A stretch of 64,000 nucleotides of DNA from Eukaryota sp. GEM-RC1 (Eukaryota): contig JAUFOQ010000017.1 in the NCBI GenBank assembly GCA_040285855.1, positions 124,001-188,000 on the forward strand, written 5' to 3'. Positions 61,374 to 64,000 of the stretch are shown here, one piece after another; the first letter of the stretch is position 1, and every line of letters starts with the position of its first letter. The notes under the pieces were generated by a model. That model did not search any database. It was not told the DNA's origin and saw only the letters and a program-made list of their open reading frames with translations. Position numbers and translations under genes: made by a program.

Positions 61374-62950
61374 CTACAGTGTACATACATCTGATAATCA
61401 ATATCCTCAAAGTCCAGACTGCTTAACTGGAAATTTTCACCTACCTTATCCTCATAATGTCTGCCAAGAGATAATAAAGCGCTAGTTACAGAAGTCACCA
61501 TACCTTTAAAGATAGCAAACACGATTCGATTTTTCCAAAATCTGAGATCAAAAGTCCTAGATGTTTTTTCTTTAACAATCTTCACAAAGATTTCAAGTAA
61601 TGATGTTACAGATTCACCTAAAGAACCGTATAGTGAAAAGACAAAGGGTACAACAAGTAATTCGAGTGTGAAGCCGAATTCAATAGTTTCAATTTATCAA
61701 CATATTTTTGCATTTTATATTTTTCACTAATCAACAAGGGGTTTTTAGCATTAGATTTAGCAAGTTTCTTGTCAGAATCATTACAAACATCGATAGACAT
61801 AACATCAGCAATAATGAAAGATCTATCAAGACCAGGAAATATGACATCACCACGGCTATTTCCAAACGATTTGTCAACATCTGTGTCATCAAACAAACCA
61901 GCCAGAACTGGTTCTAAAAAGGAAACTATTCCATAAGATTTACACATACAATATAATTGATCCCTTACTGAATCATGAACCTTACTTCCAAAAAAAACGG
62001 TTACAATTCAATAACTGTGTAGGTGTTACAGATTGCCCACATTGGCATTTCAAATTACGTGGAAGGTTATCAGGCCAAATATATGACCGTAAACGCATGT
62101 TTAATGACCAAGAGTTATCATCAAGAAGAAGACTGTAAACTTGAGGGATTTGTGTAATCAGACATGAAGCAGAGCTATTAGAAACATCCGTTTAGAAATT
62201 TGCAAATGCGGGATTTTTTTCCTTGAGCGTGCCAAGCCGAACATTATAATCCAAGCTTTCAAAAATATTTGTGAGTTTCTGTCGTAATTTTTTCAGACAG
62301 AACTGAAGATTAGTCAAACATCTTTCAGGTATTTCAGACACAGATTCTGGGAAACATTGGGACCAAACGGGAAAAGGTAATTTGATTAACGCTTTATTTA
62401 AGTCAAATAAATATTTACATGAATTGGGGTTAATAAGTGAAATAACATTAGGAAATCGATTAACAAATTCAAAGACGAAATTTTTTCCACCGCCTAAAAA
62501 AGCAGATTTGCAAAGAATTGAAGATTTGGTAAAACCAATACCACCAAAATGAGCAGAAGTAAACAAATGACTTCTAAGTAACGTTGAATCAACTTCTAAC
62601 AATGAAGCTAAAAAATTAATCCTTAACTCGTTAAAAGATCTACAAAAGTTCAGAGCGATTGAAGGACCAGTAGATCTCAAAAGATGTGTGATTTTTTCGG
62701 AGTAATAAATTTTTAAAATACAAAACTTGATATGTTTTTCAATATCATATGAAGAAATTGTGTTGAGTTCTGAACCAGTTTTTTCCAAACAATTAGATAA
62801 TTCTTGAGAAGTTTTAGGAACATTCCCAAGACAACAACCTAGAAAACGAAAAGCGTCTTCAACATAATTGATAAATAGAATCTGAACTCCATTAATAAAT
62901 AATTCTTGTGTAGATCTAACAATTAATAAACATTTGTTTGGGTTCAGAGA

Positions 62951-63919
62951 CATAGTTGCAAAATACAAAATACAGTATTTTTTTGTATTCTGTATTTTTC
63001 TGTATTATGTATTGTATTTTTTCTGGAAAAGTGTATTATGTATTTGTATTTTTTGTATTTATTTATCAGCCCGAAAATCCCTTCAATTGACGAATATGAC
63101 TCAAATCAATGAGAGCAACACTCGACAGCGGATCTTTCTGATCAATTGTACTATTGTTTGGTACAATTGGGCCATGTATTATTTTCACTCGCAGAAATAC
63201 TAGTACAATTGTCTGCTGAATTTTCGGAACGTTCCAGTACAGTACGTCAACGGCGTGTGCTAGATGACTAAAAAGTGAAACACCGATCAAGTCAAGTAAC
63301 AAAAATTTGGAAACGCTTAATAACGTTCATTCCAAAGAATCGAAAAGTACCAAACCATGTGAAGTTGTGCAATCTAGTTTCACTACTGTCAGTCAGTGAT
63401 GAAGATCTAAATCCCTGATGAGACGAGCTACACGACACTCAGATTGATCCTGTTTTGAAGATCTACTTGTTGTCTTTGGAGACTATGATTTCGAGTTTAT
63501 ACATTTTTACCTACAATCGATATATTAAGACGATTTACAACTAATGTACAAGACAAAAAGTGTGCAAAGTCACATTGAATAACTGTATAACTCCACGACA
63601 GTTCTTTCCGTGGACCAAATGAACATTTGAACCCTCGGTGCATTTCAGAATCGAAATAACAATTGGGTTGATAAATGAAAAGAAGTTCAAGAGTGCGTAC
63701 CGAAGACGTGAACCATGATAACCCTGATGATCAATCACGTTTGCAGTCGTTGGACTCAATACACTTGGTTTAATACTTGCAATTACTAGAAAAGGAAATA
63801 CAATTAATACAGTATTCTGTATTGTATTTGTATTCTGTATCTGTATTGTATTTTTGTATTCTGTATTTTTTGTATTCTGTATTGGATTATTTTTTTTGTC
63901 CGTGTATTTTGCAACTATG
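62951..63919. mobile_element. Non-autonomous hAT element inserted into the RT coding sequence
   Basis: Perfect TIRs CATAGTTGCAAAATAC / GTATTTTGCAACTATG; 8-bp TSD TTCAGAGA (62943-62950, 63920-63927); TGTATT subterminal repeats; removing it rejoins GLSLN-PNKC. Confidence 0.93.
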
Positions 63920-64000
63920 TTCAGAGATAAACCTAATGTTTCATAAATATCAACTACTTCCACAGCAACCCTTTTTAACAATTCAATGGGACCAATAATA

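Larger units (their letters stand above)
61070..64000 (-). mobile_element. Decayed RLE-type non-LTR retrotransposon (RT C-terminus, Zn knuckle region, restriction-like endonuclease); continues beyond the window
   Basis: YETLGLSLN|PNKC, FRFLGC, KITHLLRST, FGGIG, HDSVRDQLYCMCK..LEP, SRGDVIF..IIADVMSIDVC..SEKYKMQKY, FWKNRIVFAIFKG; stops, frameshifts and two hAT insertions. Confidence 0.85.

Overview
AT-rich genomic DNA from a gene-dense unicellular eukaryote: standard genetic code, 27-32 nt GT-AG introns, and many single-base frameshifts at homopolymers that probably reflect long-read errors. Left half (1.7-30.9 kb): two tail-to-tail paralogs of a giant WD40 plus coiled-coil gene carrying 5 versus 13 copies of a 651-bp coding repeat, flanking an LRR gene and small hAT elements. 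Middle: housekeeping genes (BRX1, a PEX19-like protein, a SAM methyltransferase, an intron-containing bacterial-type class III FBPase, RPL23, GCN5 with a PCAF-like N-terminus, a Cys-rich receptor with a cytoplasmic B-box, an atypical small GTPase, a FabG-like reductase) and a Ty3/Gypsy element with 76-bp LTRs nested in a hAT element. Right end, the most notable locus: a Fanzor (eukaryotic TnpB-like RNA-guided nuclease) with an intact RuvC D-E-D triad and NLS-like motifs. It is followed by about 280 nt of back-to-back hairpins (candidate omega-RNA) and lies between two paralogous secreted double-Cys-domain genes. The window ends in a decayed RLE-type non-LTR retrotransposon hit by two hAT insertions. 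All protein assignments come from motif recognition by eye; no searches were run.
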